Assembly (NCBI GenBank): GCA_035529595.1
Contig: DATKWK010000035.1
Span: 177,067-241,066, forward strand
DNA: 64,000 nucleotides
Direction: 5' to 3'
Origin: Candidatus Bathyarchaeia archaeon
Lineage (GTDB): Bacteria > Patescibacteriota > Microgenomatia > PFEM01 > JAFGMK01
Part shown: piece by piece, positions 54,674-62,405 of the stretch
How the letters are laid out: each line of letters opens with the position of its first letter
Numbering within the stretch: the stretch's first letter is position 1
Notes under the pieces: model-generated
The model's input: the letters and a program-made list of their open reading frames with translations, nothing else
Told to the model about the DNA's origin: nothing
The model's database searches: none
Position numbers and translations under genes: made by a program

Positions 54674-55615
54674 TCATAATATCAACCCCGGTTCGATTAC
54701 CATAATTGCCAGAATCAAAAAAAGCAAAAAAGTTAAATGCGCCAGACTGCGGCCGGACAGGCGGACGGTCCTATTTTTGGCGACTAAATAAATATCCAAA
54801 ACTAAGGCGCCGATGATGATCCCGGCGGCAAAAATAACTAATATTTTAGTGACTGAAAATGGGCTGGCCAGAGGTTTAGAACCGCGATCCCTTTTCAGAT
54901 CAGCGGCGGCAATCAATTGTGAAAACCAAGCCGATGAGGTGGCTTCCCCGCCGGCAAGAGCCGGTTTGGGCCGGCTCGGATTCAGGTTAGCCAAAACCGG
55001 TTTATTCTCTCCGGGGCTGGCCTTTGCCAGCGTCGCCGTTGAAGAAACCGGCGTTCCAAAGAGCTGGACTACCAGAGTGGTTTCGACTCCTTCAAGCATA
55101 CCGTCAACCACGGCGATGCCAATTTCCTGATAGTTGGAGTTTAAAACATTATCCCGGTGGGTCGGCGAATCCATCCAGGCAACTACGACCGCATCCGAGT
55201 CGTTAAAATCCCGGGCCAGATTCTCTCCGGCAAAACTGTAATCGTAACCGGCATCTCTGAAAAAAGCCCAGGGAGTTCTTCCGGTCGGCGAATTATGCGC
55301 CCAGTAATTTAAGGCAAACATATCGCCCGCTTTTCTCCGGGCAGCCTCGTTCAAAACTGGATTATTATTCAGGGGCGTTAAACCTCTTTGCGTTCTTTGC
55401 TGATTAGTCTGCTCGATCAAACGGTCCGGATTGATATTGGCCGCATAGCCCAAAACCCGGGGGAAAAAAAGACCGAAATAGTTCAAGAAAAACTGGCCGG
55501 CCAGAAAACAGGCGACGACTGCAGAAAGGAAGGCCGGATGCAGAACATGAGCCCGCTGATTATTTGACTCTTGAGGAAAAAAATAATGGCCGACTTGGGC
55601 AAGCGCTGTTGGCAT
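54674..55615 (-). CDS. CAP/SCP/PR-1-like domain protein, membrane anchored
   Basis: 313 aa; INPDRLIEQTNQQRTQRGLTPLNNNPVLNEAARRKAGDMFALNYWAHNSPTGRTPWAFFRDAGYDYSFAGENLARDFNDSDAVVVAWMDSPTHRDNVLNSNYQEIGIAVVDG is the CAP (cysteine-rich secretory protein) domain pattern; N- and C-terminal TM helices. Confidence 0.6.
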   Translation of the reverse strand: MPTALAQVGHYFFPQESNNQRAHVLHPAFLSAVVACFLAGQFFLNYFGLFFPRVLGYAANINPDRLIEQTNQQRTQRGLTPLNNNPVLNEAARRKAGDMFALNYWAHNSPTGRTPWAFFRDAGYDYSFAGENLARDFNDSDAVVVAWMDSPTHRDNVLNSNYQEIGIAVVDGMLEGVETTLVVQLFGTPVSSTATLAKASPGENKPVLANLNPSRPKPALAGGEATSSAWFSQLIAAADLKRDRGSKPLASPFSVTKILVIFAAGIIIGALVLDIYLVAKNRTVRLSGRSLAHLTFLLFLILAIMVIEPGLIL

Positions 55616-55690
55616 TGGTTAATTATAGCTTTAATGCAAATTGACCGTCAAGCCGGGAAAAACCCATCAATACCCACCCGGCGTGTAAAG

Positions 55691-56275
55691 CTAAAGCCGG
55701 GAGACGATGACTAGACGCTGCCGGTCCAAATAGCCGGTACAGGTATAAAGCGTTAAAGTAGCCGATTTTGTCGGCGACAAAACACCAATGTCCTTTGGCG
55801 AGACGGTCATTACCTGACTGACCTGATAGTGCCATTTATCGCCTGCCTGATCGGTTATTTCAACCAAATCGCCATTTTTAACCTGTTTCAAACGGCCGAA
55901 GAGATTAGTCCGGTTATGGGCATAAATAATCGCGTTTCCCGGCCGGCCGATTATTCCGGAACCAAGCACATAAGAAGCGCTCCCGGTAAAAAGCGGCCAG
56001 TCGCTTGCTGTTAACTCGACTTGGGAAACAGGTAAATCAAGGCTGATCGAGGCAATTTTGAGGTGTGCGGGATAAAGCTGGTCTTTGACAACAGTTAAAG
56101 CCGGTTTCCCGGCGAAGGAGACCGGCGACGGGGAAAATTTAGCGGTCAGCCAGAATACCAAAACCAGCAATAAGCCTGTTCCCAAGAATAACCAACCGCT
56201 CAGACGGCGCCGGCTCTTAACTAAACCTGCGGCGCGGAAGCTTTGACTAAGATTCTGACGCCAATCCCCAAACAT
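55691..56275 (-). CDS. sortase (class E/A-like transpeptidase)
   Basis: ORF 55691..56419; probable start ATG 56275 (MFGDWRQNLSQSFRAAGLVKSRRRLSGWLFLGTGLLLVLVFWL, positive stretch plus TM). Catalytic-type blocks IIYAHNRTNLFGRLKQVKNGDLVEI and ATLTLYTCTG (TLxTC). Confidence 0.6.
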   Translation of the reverse strand: MFGDWRQNLSQSFRAAGLVKSRRRLSGWLFLGTGLLLVLVFWLTAKFSPSPVSFAGKPALTVVKDQLYPAHLKIASISLDLPVSQVELTASDWPLFTGSASYVLGSGIIGRPGNAIIYAHNRTNLFGRLKQVKNGDLVEITDQAGDKWHYQVSQVMTVSPKDIGVLSPTKSATLTLYTCTGYLDRQRLVIVSRL

Positions 56276-57084
56276 AGACAACCACCAGTATAAAACCAAA
56301 GAGCGGCTTTTTGCCAGTCGAAACTTCCGGTCGCCCCCAAAACCGCGGCCCCTAAAATCCGGCCCCCGCCGGCGGCCGTCCCCAGGCAAATTTCGTTGGA
56401 GAGCTCGCCGGGAGCGCAATCATTGACCGCCCGTACTGCAAAACAATAGTCGGTTCCGGGATCCAAACCAGCCACGTTGAAACTGGTCACCCGGCCGGCA
56501 TCGGCAACTCCGAATTGGTAGTTCCGGGAAGTCAAGCCGTAAGAAAGTGCATAATGCGTGGCCAAGTCAACCGCGGTCCACTTCAAAAGCACCTGGTCAC
56601 GCTTTTCTAAACGGTCAGCGCTTAATAATACCGGCGCCAGCGGCGTGGCCGCTCCGCAATGGGGCGGTTCACCCGGCCCTCCCAAACCGCCGCCACCGCC
56701 TGACGAGGATGAAGGCGGTACTGCTGTCGGGGTAGAAACCGGTACCGGGGTCGGGGTCGGGCTAAGTTCTTCCGCCGGTGTCGGGGTCGAACTTGGTTCT
56801 TCCGGAATCGTCGGTGTCGGCGACAAGCCTTCTCCCGGTGTTGGGGTCGGCATTTCTGCCGTTGTCGGTGTCGGACTCGAGCAGGGCTGGCAGCCGCCAC
56901 ACCAGGAAGAGTCGCACCAACCGCCAATGCCAGGGCAGAAACAATTCCCGGAACAGCCATCGTCCGCCAGACTCAAAACCTTGGTTTTCCAAATACCACT
57001 GATGGCCAAAATCTTGTAAAGCGAAAACCCGAAAACTCCGAGAACAAAAAGGAAAATTAAAACCCGGGCGATTTTCTTAATCAT
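56221..57084 (-). CDS. surface protein: N-terminal TM anchor, Cys-rich module, Pro/Thr-rich linker, fibronectin type III-like domain, C-terminal hydrophobic segment
   Basis: 287 aa; DDGCSGNCFCPGIGGWCDSSWCGGCQPCS, then SPTPTTAEMPTPTPGEGLSPTPTIPEEPSSTPTPAEELSPTPTPVPVSTPTAVPP, then LLKWTAVDLATHYALSYG...DPGTDYCFAVRAVN (FN3-like), ending ILGAAVLGATGSFDWQKAALWFYTGGCLCLGIGVRILVKASAPQV. Confidence 0.55.
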   Translation of the reverse strand: MIKKIARVLIFLFVLGVFGFSLYKILAISGIWKTKVLSLADDGCSGNCFCPGIGGWCDSSWCGGCQPCSSPTPTTAEMPTPTPGEGLSPTPTIPEEPSSTPTPAEELSPTPTPVPVSTPTAVPPSSSSGGGGGLGGPGEPPHCGAATPLAPVLLSADRLEKRDQVLLKWTAVDLATHYALSYGLTSRNYQFGVADAGRVTSFNVAGLDPGTDYCFAVRAVNDCAPGELSNEICLGTAAGGGRILGAAVLGATGSFDWQKAALWFYTGGCLCLGIGVRILVKASAPQV

Positions 57085-59953
57085 TTTTTTTGCCCCGGAC
57101 AGGTGAGGATCCTTTCCGTTTAACTAAAGCCAGCTGTTTTTTTGATTTATCAACCAGCCAAAGGGCGGACACCAAAAAAGCCAAAACATAAGGCAAAACG
57201 TTTTCATCATCAATCGGACAATTGCTAGCGATCCCTAAAACATCTTCCTCTTTCCCGGTCGCTTTGGCCTCAAAAAGATTCGCCAGGGCTTTCCATTTAA
57301 TCCGAAAATCAGTCCGGGCCGTATTGGAGACTACCTCGCCACCGTTGGGCGCATAACCGTAAGCCTGAGCTTCGGTATGGTAAAAACCGGCCGGCAGAAT
57401 ACCGTCATCAGCCAGTTTCAAGCCAAAGGTGAGCACCACGCCCCGCCCCGGTTCGATTGTCCCTAAATCAAAACCGGCGGCGCCAAAACCCTCGTGCGGG
57501 ATGCCGTTGAATAGCGCCTGATAAAGATAGGTATTAAAAGAAGGCACGTCACTGGTATTGTTGATTTTAATCTCAAAAGTGACCACATCGCCCGGATAAA
57601 CATACTCGCCGACATTGTTCCAGGCGCTGATCTCGAGTTTAGGCTGGCGCGAATCGACGCCGGCCTCGTCAACCGATTCAACTGATTCAATCGATTCAAG
57701 AGAATAAACGACTGTTTTGACGGCGGCAATATTATTACTCAGATTGGATTCCGGATCCAGGGTGCCGATCGCGGCTGTGGCAATAATCTCCTGTGAGGAC
57801 GATCCCTCAGCCGCCATCACCGGCGCAATCAGCTTTGACTTCAAGCGCGACCAGAAAGTCATCGCCTGAAACGAGGAGAAATCGCCGTCAATCTGAACCG
57901 TAACGTCAAAACTGCCGCTCCGGCCAACCCCCAAGTCTCCCAGAGTCCAGGAACAGTTTTGACCGGAAATAGCCGGCATCAAGTTACTGGTATCATTTAA
58001 GTACTTCACTCCCTTGGGCAAAGTTAAATTCAACCGAACGTCAGTCGCCAGATCATGGCCCTGGTTTTGATAGTTTAAAGTGTAATGGGTGGTGTCGCCG
58101 ACATTGGCCCGGCCGGTACCGTTGCTGATGGTAACCGCCACATCGGGATAGGCAAAAAAGAGATTGCCGGTCCAATCGCCTAAGATATTAAACAAACCGA
58201 AAAACCAGCGGCTGCCGAAAATGTTTAAATTAACCAGCTCAAATAGGTTAGCCAAAGCCGTTGCCTTGCCGGTTTGGATAGCGGTATCATCACCATTGTC
58301 ATTGGCCTGGTTATCACCGGTAGAGGCGGTTACCGCCAGATTGGTAGTGACGCTGGCATCATTGTCATTTACAACCGCACCAGCCGTCTGGTCACCGGTT
58401 TGATCGCCAGCCTGGCCGCTGGCCGGAGAATCGGACTGGAACTGAAAAAATGTCGTTGTTTCATCGTTCGGTTCTTCGACGGCCTCCGGAGACGACCAGC
58501 CGAAGATCCGGCCGGCCCAGGAACCGAAACGATTAATGATAAATAAGAACCAGTTATTTTGGGAAATATTGGTATTGGCCAGAACCATGACGTTGGTCCG
58601 GCTATTGGCATCGCCGGTGGTCAGCAAGCCGTTACCCTGATTGTCCAACGCCTGGTTGCCGCCGGTATCGGCGGTGGCTTGGGCTGAAGCATTGATGTCG
58701 GCCTGGTTCTGATTATTAAAATCAGCCGGCTGGCCATTTCCAACCACACCACCAGACTCCCCGGCGAACTTTTCCGGCCGGGGAAGAATCAGGTCGCCGA
58801 CAAAATCGCCGATGATATTGAAAACCACAAATAAAAATTTACCGCCAACCAGATTAAGGTTGACCAGGTCAACCACATTGCCCAAAGCGGTGGCGCTTCC
58901 GGTGGTGATATCGGCGCCTTCGCCGTTTCCGGAGGCCCGGTTACCGCCGGTTTGGGCGCTGACTTCAACGTCATTGAATAAACTGGCGATATTTTCATTC
59001 CTAATGAGAAAATACTGGCCGTCCTTGTGAATCAATTTCCAGCCTTCGGCATCCTGGTTTAAAATATCATTCCAAACTTGATTGAGGTCAATCTCTCCCT
59101 GCTTGCCTTTCAGATAATTCTCAACCAGAATCTGGAAATCGGCAGCGGTGATATTAATGTTTAGGATATTGAAAAGATTAGCCAGGGCCAAAGCGTCGCC
59201 GGTATCAATAGTCGCCTGGCCTTGATTATCGCCGGCCTGGTTGCCGCCGGTGCCGGCGGTGACATCAAGATCATTACTGATATCGGCTTGATTATGGTTA
59301 TCAACTACCAGTCCACCGACACCCGCCTCCGTCGTTTCGGCCGCCTCAGCGGCTTCAGTGGCTTCGGCCGCTTCTGTAGCTTCGCTACCGGCAGTTTCAG
59401 CGTCGCTGTCGCCAAGCAGAACGGTATTGCTATTGGCCTGGTTGGTAATCTGGCCGCTGGCAGTGGCGTCGCCGGTACCAACGGTGGCATCACCGCTTGA
59501 ACCGGTGGTCGAGTTATCGCCGGTTTGGGCGGAAGAGCTGGCCGTATCATCAAGAAGCGCCGTATTGTCATTACCGACCTGGTTACTGTCACTGCAGTCG
59601 CCGGGTTCGGTGGCGATATCCGGCGGGGTGCAGGGATCCTCAGGAGTAGAAATTTGGCCTTCAAGACAGGTAAGCGTGGTATTAACTTCGGTTTCGACTT
59701 CGGCCTCGGAGTCGGCGTCGCCGGTGGTCATGGTCGAATCGCCGTCCTGGTTTTCCGGGACCGGCGTTGAAGCCGGATCAGCCGGTGGCGGGCTTTCCTC
59801 GGGCGGCGGGGTTACCTGGCCGGACAAGTCTGCCGACTGGCTGGCTTCATCACCCTCGGCATAGGCAATCGGCGCCAAGACCGGATTAAAAACCAAAAGG
59901 CCTGACAAAAGCAGGCTTAAAAAGCGGACTAATGATTTGTTGTCCTTTTTCAT
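57077..59953 (-). CDS. 958-aa secreted low-complexity repeat protein (about 4 copies of a ~45-aa TG..N..TG..A..VNxN repeat, EATEAA tandem repeats, two DUF11-like conserved-repeat domains, C-terminal hydrophobic segment plus basic tail)
   Basis: Signal peptide MKKDNKSLVRFLSLLLSGLLVFNPVLAPIAYA. Repeats: ...TAGTGGNQAGDNQGQATIDTGDALALANLFNILNINI / ...SAQTGGNRASGNGEGADITTGSATALGNVVDLVNLNLVGG / ...TADTGGNQALDNQGNGLLTTGDANSRTNVMVLANTNIS / ...TASTGDNQANDNGDDTAIQTGKATALANLFELVNLNIFGS. DUF11-like NVGDTTHYTLNYQNQGHDLATDVRLNLTLPKG. C-terminus LPYVLAFLVSALWLVDKSKKQLALVKRKG. Confidence 0.65.
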   Translation of the reverse strand: MKKDNKSLVRFLSLLLSGLLVFNPVLAPIAYAEGDEASQSADLSGQVTPPPEESPPPADPASTPVPENQDGDSTMTTGDADSEAEVETEVNTTLTCLEGQISTPEDPCTPPDIATEPGDCSDSNQVGNDNTALLDDTASSSAQTGDNSTTGSSGDATVGTGDATASGQITNQANSNTVLLGDSDAETAGSEATEAAEATEAAEAAETTEAGVGGLVVDNHNQADISNDLDVTAGTGGNQAGDNQGQATIDTGDALALANLFNILNINITAADFQILVENYLKGKQGEIDLNQVWNDILNQDAEGWKLIHKDGQYFLIRNENIASLFNDVEVSAQTGGNRASGNGEGADITTGSATALGNVVDLVNLNLVGGKFLFVVFNIIGDFVGDLILPRPEKFAGESGGVVGNGQPADFNNQNQADINASAQATADTGGNQALDNQGNGLLTTGDANSRTNVMVLANTNISQNNWFLFIINRFGSWAGRIFGWSSPEAVEEPNDETTTFFQFQSDSPASGQAGDQTGDQTAGAVVNDNDASVTTNLAVTASTGDNQANDNGDDTAIQTGKATALANLFELVNLNIFGSRWFFGLFNILGDWTGNLFFAYPDVAVTISNGTGRANVGDTTHYTLNYQNQGHDLATDVRLNLTLPKGVKYLNDTSNLMPAISGQNCSWTLGDLGVGRSGSFDVTVQIDGDFSSFQAMTFWSRLKSKLIAPVMAAEGSSSQEIIATAAIGTLDPESNLSNNIAAVKTVVYSLESIESVESVDEAGVDSRQPKLEISAWNNVGEYVYPGDVVTFEIKINNTSDVPSFNTYLYQALFNGIPHEGFGAAGFDLGTIEPGRGVVLTFGLKLADDGILPAGFYHTEAQAYGYAPNGGEVVSNTARTDFRIKWKALANLFEAKATGKEEDVLGIASNCPIDDENVLPYVLAFLVSALWLVDKSKKQLALVKRKGSSPVRGKKND

Positions 59954-60097
59954 TCGTAATTTCTCTTTGACACCTCGGAGGAGTCATGGCTTCGGTCGAA
60001 GTATCGACCCTTCCGAGGTGAATAAAATTCAACGTTTTTTAACTAATTTTTGGTCTGGCCAGGGAGGCGCCGGACGGCGCCCCCCGAATCTTGAGAA

Positions 60098-60115
60098 GGA
60101 TACCGGCCGGTATCC
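60098..60115 (-). terminator. candidate weak intrinsic terminator/attenuator: perfect 18-nt palindrome GGATACCGGCCGGTATCC 14 nt after the stop of the small repeat-protein gene
   Basis: Seen directly. On the minus strand it is followed by UUCUCAAGAUUC, a weak U-tract. One of three GC-rich palindromes in 59971..60115. Confidence 0.3.
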
Positions 60116-60129
60116 CCTCGCTTAAGCGC

Positions 60130-60669
60130 TTAATGACTAACGTCGGTGTTGACAACGGCGAAAGCCTTAACGCGTGAACGGGCATTCCCGGTGTACATCG
60201 TCTGGTTGCCGCCATCACTGGCGCTCTGCAACGTACCATGTTCTGCTTCAGCTTTTTTACTCTGGCCGTTCGCACCGGTTTCAGCATAAGAATCAGCTAA
60301 AACCGTAGCCCTAACCTTGTTCTCTTCATCCTTTTTACATTCGCAAGGATCGGAAGTCACACAAGTACAGCTGGCATCGGTATTGACCATGGCACCGGCT
60401 TTGGCGCTGGAATAAGCATCGCCGGTTTTCATATACTGGCTACCACTGGCATCAGCTTTCTGCAACCTACCATGTTCTGCTTCAGCTTCGCTACTCTGAG
60501 TATTCCACCCGGTAGAAGCTTCTGAATCTGCTGTAACGCTAACAACAACATCATTTGTCTCTGTTGCCATCGGTTGCTGCTGAGGTCCGTGATGTCCTGC
60601 TAAAACTGGCATGACGGCACCCAAAAGGATGGCACCGGCACCCAAAATTGCAATAGTTTTCTTCATCAT
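60130..60669 (-). CDS. small secreted protein with two copies of the repeat unit found in the 958-aa protein
   Basis: 179 aa; signal peptide MMKKTIAILGAGAILLGAVMPVLA. Internal duplication EAEHGRLQKADASGSQYMKTGDAYSSAKAGAMVNTDAS / EAEHGTLQSASDGGNQTMYTGNARSRVKAFAVVNTDVS. Strong SD AAGGAGGTG (plus coordinates 60681-60689) upstream of the ATG. Confidence 0.6.
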   Translation of the reverse strand: MMKKTIAILGAGAILLGAVMPVLAGHHGPQQQPMATETNDVVVSVTADSEASTGWNTQSSEAEAEHGRLQKADASGSQYMKTGDAYSSAKAGAMVNTDASCTCVTSDPCECKKDEENKVRATVLADSYAETGANGQSKKAEAEHGTLQSASDGGNQTMYTGNARSRVKAFAVVNTDVSH

Positions 60670-60680
60670 GTTTTAATATT

Positions 60681-60689
60681 CACCTCCTT
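60681..60689 (-). promoter_or_regulatory. Shine-Dalgarno sequence AAGGAGGTG for the small secreted repeat protein
   Basis: Plus strand reads cacctcctt at 60681-60689; minus strand reads AAGGAGGTG, 11 nt upstream of the ATG at 60669-60667. Confidence 0.5.
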
Positions 60690-60864
60690 TTGATAACCGC
60701 TTCGCCTCCTGCTCCGAAGGGTGACCCCCTCGAAAGCCAAAAAAGCTTTTGGAGGGGTTACCCCTCCGTCGCCTTCGGCGAAACGGCCAAGATACAGGCA
60801 AGCCGTCTTCCAGCCAGACCAAGGTTTTCCGACGGTCCGCCTGCCCAATAATAATTATTGGCAC

Positions 60865-60894
60865 AAAAAAACTCAGCCACCACTGACGGCTGAG
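60865..60894 (-). terminator. rho-independent terminator on the minus strand (stem CTCAGCC/GGCTGAG, 9-nt loop, followed by 7 U)
   Basis: Plus strand: aaaaaaa(60865-60871) ctcagcc(60872-78) accactgac ggctgag(60888-94). Read on the minus strand this is a hairpin followed by UUUUUUU. It lies ~300 nt downstream of the GH18 stop at 61196. Confidence 0.6.
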
Positions 60895-61195
60895 TCATCT
60901 TATCTAATCCAAATATTCCGGCTGAGCAAACGGATAAACAGCATCGAATACCGTTCATAAAAAAAATTACGGTGAATGCTTCCGTTTGCGGCCAGCCCTT
61001 TTTATTTAATTTTATTCACTATATCCGGCGTGAAAATCTTTGTCAAGAGCCAAAGAGAAGGCCATAGAGCAAGATATAACCAACATTAGCTATTATTTTA
61101 GCTGCCAGTGAAAAAGAGAAAGCGTTTCTTTTTTTAAAAAAGCTTATAAGCCGGCATTTGGGCTTTGGATTTGACAACGGCTACCGGCCCGATAT

Positions 61196-62314
61196 TTAAT
61201 TTTGGCCCAGCGCCTGGCTCCAAAGCCGGCTGTCTTCCCCACCCAAGCGCCAGAAACAGAATTGGCGGATCCCCTGCTTTTTGGCAATTTCCAGTTTCCG
61301 ACTGATGCTTTCCCGGTCTTCAAACCAGATCTCATGGCCGACGCCGTCAAGCCGGTAGCGGCCGACCAGGGACGAGGATAAGGGATCGCGATTAGTCGTA
61401 CCCTGAAATTGGCTGAGGCGTTCCCGGGCCTGTCGGTATTCCACCGGCTCACCCTTATCCGGCCCCCAGTCATAACCGTAAGTCGGTATTCCCAGGACGA
61501 TTTTTTCCCGGGGCAAATTTTTAAGGTTAAAATCAATCACTGCTTCTAATTTGTCCAAAGGCGTCACCGGCCCGGGCCGGGAATTTTCGTTATGAAAATC
61601 ATAGGCCATGATCCGTAATTGGTCGGCGGATTCGGCCAAAGCCTGATAGTCTTGGCCGGCCAGTCCCTCCCATTGGTCGGCAGCTTCCCCGGTTTGGGCA
61701 TAAACACTGACTGAAAGCAGCAGACCATTCTGATGCAGAACAGAAGCTAAATCGGCGACAAACCGGCTATAGGCGTCTTTATCGGCCGGCTTCAAGCCTT
61801 CCCAATCCAGATCCCAACCTCGATATTGGTTGTCCTTGGCAATCCGCACCAGATCCTTAAGCAGGCTTTCCCGAAGACTGCCATCGGCAAGCAATTTGGC
61901 CACCCGCCGGCCGTCAAAATCATTAGCCAGGCTGGGAAGTATTTCCGCCCGGTTATCAGCGGCAATCGCCAAGACCACTTCTTTATTGGCAACTTCAATT
62001 TCCCGGATTTTACCGTCCGGCTCCAGCCGGTACCAAACCGGCAAAATCGTTTTCAAATATAAAGCAGCGACTTTTAGGGAAGCGGCGACTTCATCCTCAC
62101 TCCACCAGGGCAGCCAGGCGGAAAACTGAATATCTGCGGATTCCCGGTTGCCGGTTTTCTCGCCGGAAAGCGAAGCGATACCGGCCACCGGAGCCGAAGG
62201 CCCGGTCTTAAACGGCCAAATCAGCTCCGCCGTCTGTTTGCGAAAACGGGCAATCAGGAAAAATCCGACAGCGGAAATTAACAAAGATAAAAATATTCCC
62301 AGTTTTAATTTCAT
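61196..62314 (-). CDS. glycoside hydrolase family 18-like protein (chitinase/YaaH-like), N-terminal membrane anchor
   Basis: 372 aa; TM helix LGIFLSLLISAVGFFLIARF; catalytic block NQYRGWDLDWEGL (DxDxE of the GH18 DGxDxDWE motif retained); ...LGIPTYGYDW... Confidence 0.65.
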   Translation of the reverse strand: MKLKLGIFLSLLISAVGFFLIARFRKQTAELIWPFKTGPSAPVAGIASLSGEKTGNRESADIQFSAWLPWWSEDEVAASLKVAALYLKTILPVWYRLEPDGKIREIEVANKEVVLAIAADNRAEILPSLANDFDGRRVAKLLADGSLRESLLKDLVRIAKDNQYRGWDLDWEGLKPADKDAYSRFVADLASVLHQNGLLLSVSVYAQTGEAADQWEGLAGQDYQALAESADQLRIMAYDFHNENSRPGPVTPLDKLEAVIDFNLKNLPREKIVLGIPTYGYDWGPDKGEPVEYRQARERLSQFQGTTNRDPLSSSLVGRYRLDGVGHEIWFEDRESISRKLEIAKKQGIRQFCFWRLGGEDSRLWSQALGQN

Positions 62315-62405
62315 CTTCTTGTGATTCGATTATAAATTGTCATCAGCCGACGGTGGATCCCGCTCAGGGCCAGAACGACCAAGTGAACTACAAAAGAAAA
62401 TCCGC

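Noticed and set aside
54686-54705. tRNA T-arm-like string CCGGTTCGATTACC.
   Set aside because: It lies inside the CAP-domain CDS. There is no acceptor stem, no anticodon stem and no complementary 5' partner, so it is not a tRNA. No convincing tRNA or rRNA signature was found anywhere in the window.
60721-60960. 79-aa (plus) and 66-aa (minus) ORFs in the 60.7-61.0 kb intergenic region.
   Set aside because: The region is dominated by GC-rich palindromes and a terminator. The ORFs have no RBS and low-complexity, Pro/Arg-rich translations, so they are probably non-coding leader or UTR.
61144-61536. 130-aa minus-strand ORF overlapping the 3' end of the GH18 gene in another frame.
   Set aside because: The GH18 frame carries the conserved DxDxE and GIPTYGYDW blocks through this region. 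The alternate frame is Arg/Gly-rich with no motif.
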